From positions 1,302,001 to 1,366,000 of the forward strand of contig OZ037768.1 of assembly GCA_964035545.1 (NCBI GenBank): 64,000 nt of DNA, in the 5' to 3' direction. The position numbers and the translations under genes are program-made. The notes under the pieces are model-generated. The model had not been told where the DNA came from and did no database searches. It saw only the letters and a list, made by a program, of their open reading frames with translations. Each line of letters begins with the position of its first letter. The stretch's first letter is position 1. Origin of the DNA: Bugula neritina (taxonomy: Eukaryota > Animalia > Bryozoa). This document shows positions 25,590 to 39,215 of this stretch, piece by piece.

Positions 25590-26739
25590 TGTGACTCACA
25601 CTCACAGTTTGACAATCTCTGCAAAAAGCATCAATTTGAGGCGATAAGATTCATCTACTAACTGATCAACTGAGCAGGAACAAAATGTAGCCAGAACAAC
25701 AATATAAATCATACACTAGTAAAATTTGTGTTTACCAAATATCTAGCCTATATTAATACATTGTCACTTATCACAAAGTATAAAAGATAATTACTATTAT
25801 AGGAAAAAAAATCAAAAATGTATTTTTCTAAAAGGAATGTATTTATTTTAGAAAAATGAATATACTCATCTACATGTTTGAATCTTAGAGCGGTGATAAT
25901 CAAATTGAAAAGCTACACAAATCATTGGTTATGACTATGATAGAATCAATAGAATTAGATAGGCATCAACAAATAAAATGCTGAAACATAACAGAAAGAT
26001 AGCAGCAGCAGCTGCACATCAAATCAATAGTAAAACCAAATTAAAAGCCTTAGAACTGATCATTAGGCTTAGCTGACTTAGGCACCTGATACTTTTATAC
26101 TAACAGAAATATTTGAGTTAACTTGGCCAATTAGACACTAGTAATAGAAGTGAAGTAGTTGTCAACATTTAAACCTGTATTATAATTTAAACTTTTATTA
26201 ATATTAAAGTTATAATAACTTTTGAAAATAACCTAAAACTAAAATAAAATCACAATTACAATGCATTGCAGTTGCTTATGCAAGCACAAGAAAGCGAGAT
26301 ATTAGTATTACATTTACTGCTACAGTGATTACGTTATACTTTTTGTTTCTTTATACTTATAGTTTGCATTACTATTACTATTTTAATTTTTACGATTACA
26401 CCTTGACCTTTGGAGCTTTACCGTCCAGCTGCGCTATTACTATGACTATGTGATCGAGTATCACTCTCAGTATAACATTGAGGTCGACTTACACTTAGAC
26501 TTACTCTTAGTCTTACTTTTACTTTTAGTCTCACATTTACAGGTTTAGTCAGATGGCCATGAGGCATGAGAAATATTAAATACATAAGCTACAGCTGACT
26601 AAAGTAATTCTAACAAATATCAAAAAAAAGTTGAAAGCATCAAATACAATGACCAACATGATTTTACGAAAGTGTAAAAAAAAAAGATTATATTGCGCAG
26701 CAACAATAATTTGACTTAGTTTAAAGAAAATCAAGATGG

Positions 26740-27110
26740 AGGACACGGTCATTTTCTAACCATGGAATTTGTAGAGTTTTAGTAGGAGGAGCTTCATTTC
26801 TCTGGAGTTCACTCTGATTCCTGATTGGACGTAACAAAACCCCTCGTATGCAAATTAGGTTCTTTGGAAACCTTGCGATGGCTAGGATCCACGATTTTGA
26901 CAAAAACAAGCATGTCTGTGAAACCGTAGATAACTGAATTCGTTCGACCAATTCTATAGTTTAATAACCTTTAATGTTGAAAATTACATTAAATTGCTGG
27001 AGTTAAACTATTAAAATAACCGTAACTGCAGTTTTGAAAAAACACTTACAGCACAAATGTTTTGTCGTCAGAGTCGAATCACTCATTATTGGATCTAATA
27101 TACTGTAACC
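26740..27110. promoter_or_regulatory. Probable bidirectional promoter shared by ZMYND8 and CCDC6
   Basis: Head-to-head genes with ATGs 1.5 kb apart; locally CpG-richer; CCAAT/ATTGG boxes near 26824, 26948 and 27088. The TSS positions are not determinable. Confidence 0.5.
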
Positions 27111-30100
27111 ATGGCTGACAGCGCGAGTGAAATGGAATCTGACACAAGCTCAGTAGATGGAACGTCTGCTTTAGCACCACCTCGTGCTGCTCAAAACAGT
27201 CAAAGTAAACGTATTGACAGTTTGTCCCAAGAAAATAGAGTTCTCCGCATTGAAATTGATACGTTGAAACTCAAAAACAAATCTTTGCAAGCCGAAAATC
27301 GAGAGTTGAGGCAAAACAGCGTAAACATCGTGAGTTAATTTGAATTTTAAAGTAAATTACCACAATTATTATAAAGATTTAATTTTATCAACTGTGAAAT
27401 TCAAATTTAAATTGCATAGGTATACATTTGTCTTTGATGATATAGGCGAACGAATTACAGTTTAGAGTAACATTAACACACCCCCAGTAACTATGAGTAT
27501 CAGTACGGAGTATGACTATGAGTAACACTTACAGTTACACTATGACTAACAGTTACAGTATGAGTGTAACACTAACAGTAACGCTAACAATAACAGACAA
27601 TCGGACACCGACAGTAAGCGTAACACTAAATGTAAGATTAAGTGCAAGTCTAACAGTTACTGTTAGTGTTACAGTGAAGTTCAAGTTATACTGTAGTGAA
27701 GTGAAGTTATACTGTATATATCATTTTGGTTTTAGTTTTACAAAGAAACTAATGATAGGCTCAACTATGTTTTTATTATACTTATTCAGCATCTGAATGT
27801 CCACTAATGTGTAAATGCTAAGATTGGTATTTATTTTTAAATAAAGTTCGTTCCAACTCTCTTTGATTTGCAATTTGCTTAAATTTACTAAACTTCAAAA
27901 CAAACCATGTTTATCAGCTTGTGCAATCTCACAAGTTTATTATTATTATCTTACAGCAAGCTAAGGCTGAACAAGAAGAAGAATATATCAGCAACACTTT
28001 AATGAAAAAGATAAACTCTTTAAAAAAAGAAAAGGAGATGCTAGCTGTAAATTATGAGCATGAGGAAGAGTTTTTGACCAATGATCTTACTCGCAAGCTG
28101 AATCAGGTTTTTATCTGTAATCATAAGTCATGTGTGACTCTGATGAGCTGTAAAACATTTTTAATTGACTGTAAAGGGTCGAATAGAAATTAACTTGGCA
28201 TCCATTTAAATGTATTCCTATGTTGCTGCTATTGTTCAAGCTGCGTAGTGAGAAAGCTCACCTGGAACAAACACTGGAGCAGGAGCAAGAAGCTCAAGTA
28301 AACAAGTTGCTCAAACGGATAGACAAGTTGGAAACAGAAGTTGTGAAGAAGCAAGACACACTGGAACAGTTGAGACGGGAGAAAATTGAGCTGGAGAATT
28401 CCCTGGAGCAAGAGCAGGAGGCTCTCGTTAACCGACTCTGGAAACGCATGGACAAGCTCGAAGTTGAGAAAAGGTATCTTCATCATGCTTTTCATTTCCT
28501 AAATATAATATAATATGAAAATAACATTCAAAACATAAAATGTTGACTGCTCAAGTTAGTAGTAATTTTTTTTCTTAATTCAATTTTTGCTAGTGTTCTA
28601 GTTATCAATCTAGTGTTTTGTTAGTTACTTCTTTAGTACTAACCTCCTTCACTAACTCCTGATGTTCTTCAGAATGTTGCAAGAACGACTAGATCAACCG
28701 ATTTCGGCGCCACCCTCTCCCCGATCAGGAGATCGCAGCGTGTCGCAGCTGACGCAGAATATTATGAACTTGAGACAGGAAGTGGCTCGATACAGGCACA
28801 TGCTCACAGCTACTCGCGAAGAAAGTGAGTTTGTTACTTTGCTCTCTTATTTGGGAACTGTTCAGTACTTGACAATAAATTGAGAAATTTTAAGGTAATC
28901 AAGATAATAGTATACATAGAAAGCCTACTTGCACCTACAAGTAAGAGGTACCTGGTAGCTTTCTCCATCATTACCTTAAGATTTATTACTAATTACTCAT
29001 AGTTAATAGATATTATCTCTTCTAGATATTCTTGTAGACGTTATATATATATATATGTTCAACATAGAGGCACACATATACACATTATTGGTGTCATGTG
29101 TTGATTATCTGATGCATGGGTTGTGTGCATAGAATTACACGCGTGCAGGTGTAATATAGGCACGCATACCTGTGATGACACACACATGCAGGTGTGATAT
29201 AGACACACATACATGTGTACCTTCGGCCCTAGATTTGAAGAAGATGAATGCACTGCAAGAGGAAGAGCGACAGATAAAGGAGGAGAACCTGAGACTACAG
29301 AGGAAACTGCAGATGGAAACAGAAAGAAGGGAGGCCCTCTGTAGGCACCTATCTGAGAGTGAATCCAGTCTAGAGATGGACGATGAGCGGTGAGTAGATG
29401 TAATGTGCTCTTTCTTTCTTTTTAGTCAGGTTGTACTTCACTTACTTTAGACATCATGGCCTTTTATATCTTGTTTATGTCAGTTCTGGTGCAGATATCT
29501 ATACTGTGTAGATTCAGTGAGTTTTATGATTTATATTAACATAGTATAAATAATAGGTAGCAAAATGATCTTTATTGTGAACTAGCCAGCTCAAAATAAA
29601 TAATTTGTTAACAAGATGCGTAGACAGTTGAGCATGCTATATAGGGTATATGTATGATATAGATTTGTCCATGTGTAAATCTGTGTACATACCATGTCTA
29701 GTTCTTATAAAATTATATCGGTAATAAATGGTATATGTAAGAGATGTTCTTGTATTCCATCACCAGATTGTTTCCTTATTATTTATGAGACTATTTCAAC
29801 TAGCAAATCTTATCCTGGAATTACTTTTTGGCTGCTTTTTGTAGGCATTTCAATGAGTTTGCTAAGTCACATGATGTTAAAGAAGGGACAAGAACTAGAA
29901 CAGTGTCTAGTCCAGTGCCATACCATGGCAACATCACCCCCACCAAACCTATAGGTTTGCCCTTTACTTCTCCTTTTAACTCTGTTGGCATTAACACAAT
30001 AACACAGGTCTACATACATAGGGTGTGTCTAGTTGCTATAGTTTGCTCTTCTCAGAGTTAAGCATATATTGCATAGCAAGTTCTCAGATAGTTGTGTGAT

Positions 30101-30782
30101 ATTTTTGTTCCTTTATCTCTCCTCATGTAATCTTGCTGCCAGAATTTATTTGTTTTTCCTGTTAGACGTGTTTTCACAGTCTCCTACACATTTCAGCTAT
30201 GGCTGTCACCACGAGCCCGCCCACTCCAATACGCTGCAATAACTGTGGACACATATTCACGTGTGGAGGCGGGTCTGTGCCAGTCAGCATGTCAACTTCG
30301 CTGCCGAGCATGTCTCCGCCCCCCACACAGCTCACACACCACTCTGCATTCGCCAGCAGTAGTGGTGGTCAGGTGTCTCACACCCACAGTTCTTCTTCCT
30401 CTTCCAGTCACTCTTCACAGGTGGTAAGTAGTCAACTATCTAGTAGTCAACTATCTAGTAGTCAACTATCTAGTAGTCAACTATCTAGTAGTCAACTATT
30501 TAGTAGTCAACTGTCTAGTAGTCAACTGTCTAGTAGTCAACTATTTAGTAGTCAACTATCTAGTAGTCAACTATTTAGTAGTCAACTCTGCTCAATAAAA
30601 GCCAATAATTGTGTTTAAGTTTCTATTTTGCTTACAATTGGTTGAGATGACATGTCAATCAATTCATTTAGTTGAATTGAATTCTAGAGGTGACAGCTAA
30701 GCAAAATAGTATTTTTGCTTTACTGTTATTTTAGAAGTCAAATGAAAGATTTGCTAAACCACCTTTACCAACGGGAAAGTAG
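27111..30782 (+). CDS. CCDC6: Coiled-coil domain-containing protein 6 (H4/D10S170)
   Basis: Start [14 protein letters not shown]; [96 protein letters not shown]. Exons approx 27111-27329, 27956-28107, 28241-28473, 28673-28824, 29232-29389, 29845-29954, 30197-30423, 30735-30782 (3' exons less certain). Confidence 0.93.
30427..30587. repeat. 15-bp minisatellite (AGTAGTCAACTATCT), ~11 copies
   Basis: First unit overlaps the GTAAGT donor at 30424 of CCDC6. Confidence 0.92.
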
Positions 30783-31620
30783 TTGTCGGTGAACCTAAGG
30801 GACACATGCAAGCACCTGCTTTACTGACATGTATGTTACCAATAGCTCACGCCAATCTGTGCCACATCTTATCTGCTGACCAATATTAAACTGCTGTCAC
30901 CTGGATACCCAGCCTATATTCTAGTCACAACGTATCATCTAATGAATTACTTCTCTTCTCCCTTATATTTTTGGCTTATTATTACCTTACTACAGTTATT
31001 TCTCCTATATCTATATTATGTCAATCAGTCTATGAAATTATTTTTTAATTCAAAGTGTGTACTCTAAAATTCTTTTTTTTTGCTGTCGAGTTGACAATGT
31101 ATGTTTTTGTGGAAACATCAATTCTAACCATAGTGTTTGTACTTTGTGTATGTGTGTCTAAGGGAGACAACTTCCCAAAATTTACTGTTAATTGAAATGT
31201 TCTTGTTTTCTTAAGTAGAGAATTCCTTCGTCAATTTTTTTGGCTTTCATTTGCAAGTGCGTACACTTATGAGTATATGTATGGTTTAATTATTCATATA
31301 ATGATGTTGCAGTGTATGGCTTGGTTTGGATTTGCTTATGACACTGTAGATCTATCCTATTCATTCTATTAGCATTTGATTAATTTTTATAAAAATAATA
31401 AAGCCTAAATTTAAAATATTTCGTGCTGTTAATTGAAAATAATTCGAATATGCAGTAATTTATGGAAAATCAACCAGTCATTGTTATATATTACTTTATC
31501 CATGTTACATTACAAGTGTATGCTAACGCTATCCAAGCTCATAGTAAATTAGAGGGTATGTGTAGAGTCGAGGTGAGAAGACTAAAAGAAATTATATTAT
31601 ATTGCACTGTATGCATTGCG

Positions 31621-31923
31621 TTGAGTTTACAACTTTGATTCTAATTTAACATTATACTATATTATGTTATGTGCAAGCCTATGTACGATGCCTGCCAATA
31701 TACCAGGACATTACTGCGGCATTCATATAGAAGAAAATTATGAGAAAACTATTTTCAAGTACAAAAATGGTGGTAATATATTAGAAATCAGTTGAAAATG
31801 TGTAATGATTAGCAGTCATTTATAATTAAGAGAATTGAAAATCAACTAATGTAAAACATTATGCCATAGAACTGGTGTGAAAAATTTGGTAGACAAGACA
31901 CTTTACAGTGAAATAAGATTCAA
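31621..31923. repeat. Diverged direct copy of the CAPZA 3' UTR segment (copy 1)
   Basis: Aligns by eye with 39216-39600, e.g. shared TACAAAAATGGTGGTAATATATTAGAAATCAGTTGAAAATGTGTAAT and TTGAGTTTACAACTTTGA. Confidence 0.85.
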
Positions 31924-32766
31924 AACTATAGTAGTTTCATGTACTTGAGCCCTAAAAATAATTGTATTTCTGAATTTAGTCATAAATTTACAACCAAAAA
32001 ATTATTTATAAAATTTTAGTGTACGTTTATAAAAGATTGCTTAATATTTAACTTCAGAGAGTGACAATGACTTAAATTGATAAAAACAATGTTAACACAA
32101 ACATCTTCTAGGACCTAAAGCTACCCGAGCCCTCCGGTTAAACTTACACACTTTTTAAATATACTTTGGTTGAAATGTAAGTTTCTCATTGCAAATACTA
32201 TTTATATAAAATAAAGTAATTCGAAAAATTAACAAAGAAAGTAATACTTCTCAATTAACTTACTCATATTTATACAGGGTTGAATAAACTCAAAAACAAT
32301 TTTCATATAAACCAACAAATCAATGGAATTTTGAAAGTTTAAATATTAAGTACGTATAGATGTCAGAGCAATTGCAAAGTAGTAATAAAATCCTCAATGC
32401 AAAAATATGCATCTTCTATAACTCAGTAGAATGACTGTGATCTAAAAATAATAGGGATTTGAAATATATACTATATATTTAACCAATACTTAAATATATT
32501 GACAGGGGATGACAAACGCTTGAAATTTTCAGAATAGTGGGGAGCCAACATGCAACAATTGGCGGGTGGAGCCCATTAAAAGCTAGTATTAATGTGTTCC
32601 ACCTGCCAATTTCTGCATGTTGGCTCCCCACTAGATGTGCAATTGTTGTTATATGCTGAATTCCAATGTTGACCTTCACCTTTTACCCAACATAACAAAT
32701 TACAATGAGCGGTGAGCATTTCTAAATGCCAATTTAATAACATGTGCCCCAATTACCTAGTAACTG

Positions 32767-35700
32767 TTAGGATAGAAAGAGAGTAAGTAGTGTGGCTGCA
32801 AGGGTTAGACACGCAGACAAACCATGATATGCAGTAGACGAGGTTGGAGGTGGTGGTGGTACAAGTGGTAGTTTGAGTTCACTCCACGGATAGCTGGACG
32901 TATGCTTATAGAATACAGGTGGTTGGCCAATTGGAGCTGGAACCGTAGCTTTCATCTGAATAATCAACAAAACATATCACTCTGTCTTCTACGGTGATGC
33001 TTATTATCACACACACATATATGCATTAAATATTCAATCTCCTAACAATTTTCATTACACTTTTCAGCACCCACAGAACAAGTGTTTAAGCCTTCATATT
33101 ATAGGTAATATACATGCAAAATGCAATGCTATGCCATGTATGCATATAAATTACAATACTGTGCCATACATATATATTACAATACTATGTCATATATACA
33201 TATATGTCACCATACTATGCCATAAATATATGTTACAATACTATGTCATACATATATATTACAATACTATGTCATATATACATATATGTTACAATACTAT
33301 GTCATACCCATATGTTACAAGACTGTCACATATATTACAATATTACATAATATATATATATACATATATAACACCTACTGGTCCCGTGTAACTCTTGTCT
33401 GTCCAGAGATGAACCCAGTTTCCAGGAGGAATGTACACTTTCCATTCACTCACATTCGCCTGCAAATGTTTTATACAATATATTATCAAATTACTTACAC
33501 ACATTATCTAATACTATGCTACATAATATACATAAGATAATACCGGTAATATACATAATATACTATATACACTATATACATAACACGTAATATATATAAT
33601 ATATAACATGATATAATACCTGTAATATACATAATATACTATATACACTATATACATAACACGTAATATATATAATATATAACATGATATATTACCTGTA
33701 ATACGGGAGCAACTAGCAGCTCATCTCCATACATATACTCATGTTCAACCTCCCAGCTGCCAGAGTCTTGAGAGAACTCACTGGAAAGTGATCTCTGCAG
33801 CGGTTTGCCAGTGAGTTTATAGTCAGCATAGGCTGTCTTAGTGTAGTTACTCAGAGCTGTGTACATCTCAACTAGTCTGGCAAACTGTTTCATTGTATCC
33901 ACATCTGAATAGACCTGCCAATTCTCACTTGGTCTGTTGCCTGGAGCATTAATATGACACATATATTACATGTATATTACAAGTATATTACATATATATT
34001 ACATGTATATGACAAGTATATTACAGGTATATTGCAAGTATATTACATATATATTACATGTATATTACAGATATGTTACATGTATATTATAGATATATTA
34101 AATGTATATTACAGGTATATTACATATATATTACATGTATATGACAAGTATATTACAGGTATATTGCAAGTATATTACATGTATATTACAGATATGTTAC
34201 ATGTATATTACAAGTAGATAACAAGTATATGACATGTATACTACAGGTATATGACATGTATATATTACAAGTAATATTACCTTCATGAGTACGCATTGTA
34301 GGTGTGAACACAGCCATCTCAGCTGACCTGAGGAGAAGCTCCTTATCTCTCGTAACTCCAAACAGACTTGTATACAAACCAATATCATAATGAGTCATTC
34401 CAATTCCCTGCCATCAAACACCACCATACAGTTAACACCAGCAAAAGATGTGCTGTATACATTTATTTCTGATAAACGTTAAGCTACCTGAAGTCCAACG
34501 GAAAGGGCGGCTGGTATAACGGAGGGTAAACCATCAGAAACAGTGTAGTCGACATTCTGATCTCCAGCCCAAAAGAGTGTGGTGTATTTGGACAGACCAG
34601 CGTATCCTGCTCGCATCCAAAACACGACTTCTCCAAGTTTTCCAGCCTCTTCAACAGCTTCTCTGTTGAGTTTTGCCCACAGCAAAGGCCACTGATTGTG
34701 CAGCTCGAGGGCAGACTGACCGCTGAAGAACTTGGCGTTGTCTACCATTAAATACTCACTAAAGTCTGCCATCCAACCCGATATTCCCAGATCTAAGGCT
34801 CTCTTTACGATTCGAGCTAACAACAAAAGAGAAATAATTAGTTAGCAAACACTTGGCTGCCATATTGTAAGAATCCTCAATTTATGCATTTAGTGCACAC
34901 AAACAAGTATAAACAATAAACTGAAAATTCTTAAAATAGCGGTACAAGGAAAGAAACAGAATTGTCTTCTTTACCTCATGAGTGGATAACTCTTACAACA
35001 CAATACTGATTGATCTTTTATGGTGAGATAATATTACATAATACAATATTTATAATATAATTATCATAACTAGATTATTAAATAAAATGGAGTTAATAAG
35101 GCAAGACATCCTTGTATGTCTAAAACGTATCAACTTGCCTTTAACTGTAAAATTTTCAACTTCAAACAAAATACTTTACAAAAATCATTATTACTACCAA
35201 CTACAATCTGTACTCCATCAGTATATTATGTACAAGTACAAGAATAAACAGAAATGACTCATACTATAAAACAACCTAGCACATTATCGTAGTGACTCAC
35301 CCTTGTACCAGTTTACGGCAGCAGGATTAGTCAGATCGATAGTACCGCAGTAGAACTCCCCAAAGTCAGCTATGTATGTCTGATCAGAGCTGTTCTTTAC
35401 AAAGTAACCTAGACTGTCAGCTTCTTTAAACAGGGGTCCTTCTATGTTCAGGTACGGGTTTATGTAGACCAGCACCCGCACACCCTTGGCCTTTAGTTTA
35501 GGGATCTCAGTATCCAAACCTGTGCCAACATATTCCAATATAAATGAAGAGAACTTTCTAATGGGTTGTACTTTAACTTAGTAATAGTGGCAATAGTGTA
35601 ATAGTAATAATTTAAATGTCCGAAATAGAGTAGTTGCAGCTTTGATAGTCATACACACTTTTCACTAGATGTGGTAAAAATTATAAGAAACATTTCCCTA

Positions 35701-38700
35701 TTGTTCCCATTTCCTGTCGTAACAACATAATATTATCTACAGATATCATCTGCATATATTATAACTATTCTGAACATGTTTTTAAATTATTACCTTCAAA
35801 GGAATAAAGACAGAAATCACTATTAAGAAGGATTGAGAATTTAAGTATTGGAAAAAATTACAACCTATTACAAGAGTTGTCTACTCAATGAAATACATTG
35901 ACCGCCAATTAAAAAGCATATGAATAGACCTGGATACTGTTCATCATTCCACTCCCAGTTCCAGAACACTCTACTACCAAAGGAAGTCCTGATCTTCCCC
36001 GCCCAGTCCTGTATCCAGACAGCTGATACTTTGACTCCGTTATCTTCTACTTTATTGAGTAGCTGATTCATCCTGTCTGTACCGCCTTGCAGACCCACAA
36101 TCGCTCCTTCAGATACCCAGTCCGGCAACTCGGGCATCACACCGGTGGCCTTGACATAGACTTGAGAAAGATCACTGATTGTCATATCGACGCCCCCGGC
36201 AACCTGGAGTGACCTTGAAAAAGAAATAATAAGCGACTCAGTCATTTCCTTCAGAATTCCCAACATTTAACAGCTAAGATTAAAATTCATAATCTTACAG
36301 ACATACTCAATACTTTGTAGCCAGAAATTAAAATGAAAAACATGTTAATAAAGTTCATAATCCACCAATTTTGTTGTTCATAATCCATCAATTTTGTTGT
36401 TCAAAAACAGGAAAACACAAAAATCCGATGTGGCTAAACTATTGGAGTGGAAAATATCTCAATATGAAATCAAAGTAGTATAACTCCAAAATTGTTACAT
36501 AAAACCGGTCAAGCACTACCACTTACCCAACATTACCATGCACTTCAAGTTCATGAACACTAGTACTTGTAAAATCTAAGATGGTGTAGTAGGTGGCAGT
36601 AGAGTGCACCATGTAGCCTCTGCTAGAGAAGAAAGTTGGCTCCCCATAGTAGGTGGTGTAGTAGTCGCCACCCGCACCGCCAGACAATGTGTCAGCATAG
36701 AACGTGACTATTGAGGACTTGTTTCTCCCGACACCTTAAATCACACAATTCTAGTGAGAAACAAGAGACAGGGCAGCCACCTCTCAAACCTAGACTCTAA
36801 ATTTAATGACAAACACAATAAACTCTTCCCACCAGCAATTTCCTTCCATATTTCATACTTATAAAAGCTATGAATAATTTTAATATAAAAGAATTATGTA
36901 ACACACTTTATTCAATAGAAGAGATGCTGATAAAATGAATCACATAAATTTACCCTGTTCTCTAGTCCAAATAGGGTATTTTCTACCCCGTAGATTGAGG
37001 GAGGTAAACTGCTCGCCCCCTCCGTATACATATTCAGACTCCTGGGCTACAAACCGTATCCATATTCTATCATAACCATCAGGCAAGTCAGTGAATTGTA
37101 TTTCACCAAATGGATCTCCATCCACAAGAGTTAGAGTAACCTATCAAAACGAATATGCATTGAATAAGAAATGGAGAGAAGGAGATTGAATGTAAATTGT
37201 GAATATTCAAATATATTTTTAGTATGACTGTTATCTATAGTCAACAAACACACACCTCTGTGTGGCTCTATCAAGGAGCCTACTGATAAGATGGCAGTAG
37301 CCTGTGTTTAATAGATAACAGCAATACTTTATGTGCTCAGGCTGAGTAGGTGCAGACATGCATAGCCTTAGTTCCTATTACATTTCTTAGATGAGAGATG
37401 GAGAGTCCATGAAAATAAAATGAGCACTCTTCGAATCTAAGAGCTAAATTTGGAAATTAAAAACTCAAGTCAAATCTACAAATATTTTTTCTCAGAGATA
37501 GTTTCATGCAAAATTATTTCCTTTCCTTTAGCTAGTAGTGTACTGAGAGGGAGAATTTTGTTCTTGAGAAAACGGGTAAAATTTATTATATGAAAAGATA
37601 TACAAGCTCTTAAATTTGACGCTGGAGTTGGAAATATTATGAGCTCTATACCATGAGCTCTACAATATAGTAAATTACCGCAAGAGATGAGTCGCTGACA
37701 GAGGTGAATTTATATTGTCTATGGGATACGGCTGTTAAAAGAGACAACGGAATTCTTCGCTCAACGGTGTCCACAATGTCAAAGTTTCCATGGTACTCAT
37801 TAAATGTAGTGGTTCCAGAGCCAACATAGACACATGGATATTGGCCAGAGTGCTCTATAACCTAGATGTCAATGGATACATGACACGCACATTCCATATT
37901 ATTCTATAACTCTGCATATGTTCAAAGTCCAGCAATGATTAGAGAGTCTGTGAACATGGTGTGAGACTTGAACTGATAAATAGCAACCCTAATCTTAAAA
38001 GCAAATAAACTTGAAGCTAACTTATACCTGTAGACCTAGTATGATTACTATAACTATTGCTATTAGCAGTTACTAAGTTACTCATGCTATTTTAGTTTTA
38101 CCAAGGTGAATTTATTACAAAACTATCAAGACAAAAAAATCATTGATTTTCCAGTATAAGTTTTACTGAAATCACTTTATAAATATTACATAGAGTGACA
38201 TTAACATTTACATTCATATTGACATTGCACCCGTAAATTAATAACTAATCGGAATCCTAATCCTAAGGCTAATGATAATTACAAAAATACTAATAATAAT
38301 GATGATCACTAACTATTACTTATTACTAGACTGCCACTATAACTATTCCTGCATTTCTTTTAAGTTTTTGCGAGTTACAATCCTACTAATACCAATAGTA
38401 ATAGTAATACTACGTCAATATTTCAAGTTCATACTTGATAAATTTATAGTCGTAGCTTTTGATTTGAACTTGAAGGCCGGAATGAGAATCACAGCCAGAA
38501 AATAGTTCTATTTTAGTATTTACAGTTTTAACTTACCTGCATGGCTAATATTAATAACAACTACAAGTTAACCGTAAACACAAAAATATATCATGACACA
38601 ATAACTATTAGTATTAGCATTAATGTCAAAAAATACAATTAATATTAATATTATATCTTAAAATTATCTTGTAATCTACCTTGACGGAGTTGATTGCAAA

Positions 38701-38817
38701 AGAGGTTTTCCCTGCTGTTGAGCTATCCGTATCAACAGTCCATGTGTTAAGTGCTGCCGACGCCAAACAACACACATTTAGCACATGCAAAGCACAAATA
38801 AAATTTAATTTAAACAT
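32767..38817 (-). CDS. GH31 glycoside hydrolase, sulfoquinovosidase (YihQ)-like, ~729 aa, with signal peptide and GPI-anchor-like C-terminus
   Basis: 11 phase-consistent exons: 38680-38817, 37679-37861, 36954-37140, 36527-36734, 35930-36213, 35301-35519, 34488-34816, 34281-34407, 33696-33940, 33379-33459, 32767-32955 (2190 nt). Motifs: YGGGEQF, WTREQGVGRNK, GAGGDYY, GLQGG, WIQDWAG...TSFGSRVFWNWEWN, YINPY, GWMADFSEYL (nucleophile), WAGDQNVD (acid/base), HYDIGLYT, TPTMRTHEGNRP, YMYGDELLVAPV. Confidence 0.9.
33150..34277. repeat. Three AT-rich tandem repeats in the last three introns of the GH31 gene
   Basis: ~30-bp unit at 33150-33345; 76-bp unit at 33541-33702; 11-bp unit with a 132-bp higher-order duplication at 33960-34277. 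Confidence 0.85.
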
Positions 38818-39215
38818 AATAAACTTTAACTATGCCTTACTGGCACTACTTAGCAATTGCTCTTGAGAGAGTACTTTTCGTAACTGCAACACCGGGTACG
38901 AGCAAGGTCAATGTGCACGAAATGCGCTGTGCAGCATGACAGCTATGACCTCCATGACCTTGTTTACAAAAGCCCGATATAAACGAGGGATGTTTACTCT
39001 CTGAAGTGTAATCTACACTATAATTATATTGTTTCAGCATTGTGCACGCAATTTGTAAAATTACTATCACGCGAATAAATTATTATTATTTTGTGAAGTT
39101 GATGGTTATGCAATAGAGAGTTGTCTTCTTAATAAACGAGATATCAATTTAGTATGTCATGCAATGTACCATGAATTTATACTGCATTATAATTATAAAT
39201 TAAACCTATATCGAA

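Noticed and set aside
28474-28672. Possible U12-type intron in CCDC6 (GTATCTTC donor, TCCTTCAC upstream of AG)
   Set aside because: Donor deviates from GTATCCTT and good U2 branch points (TACTAAC ~28637, CACTAAC ~28650) are present.
32767-38817. Bacterial contamination as the source of the YihQ-like gene
   Set aside because: Ten spliceosomal introns with the same repeat style as neighbouring genes, and contiguity with CCDC6 and CAPZA.
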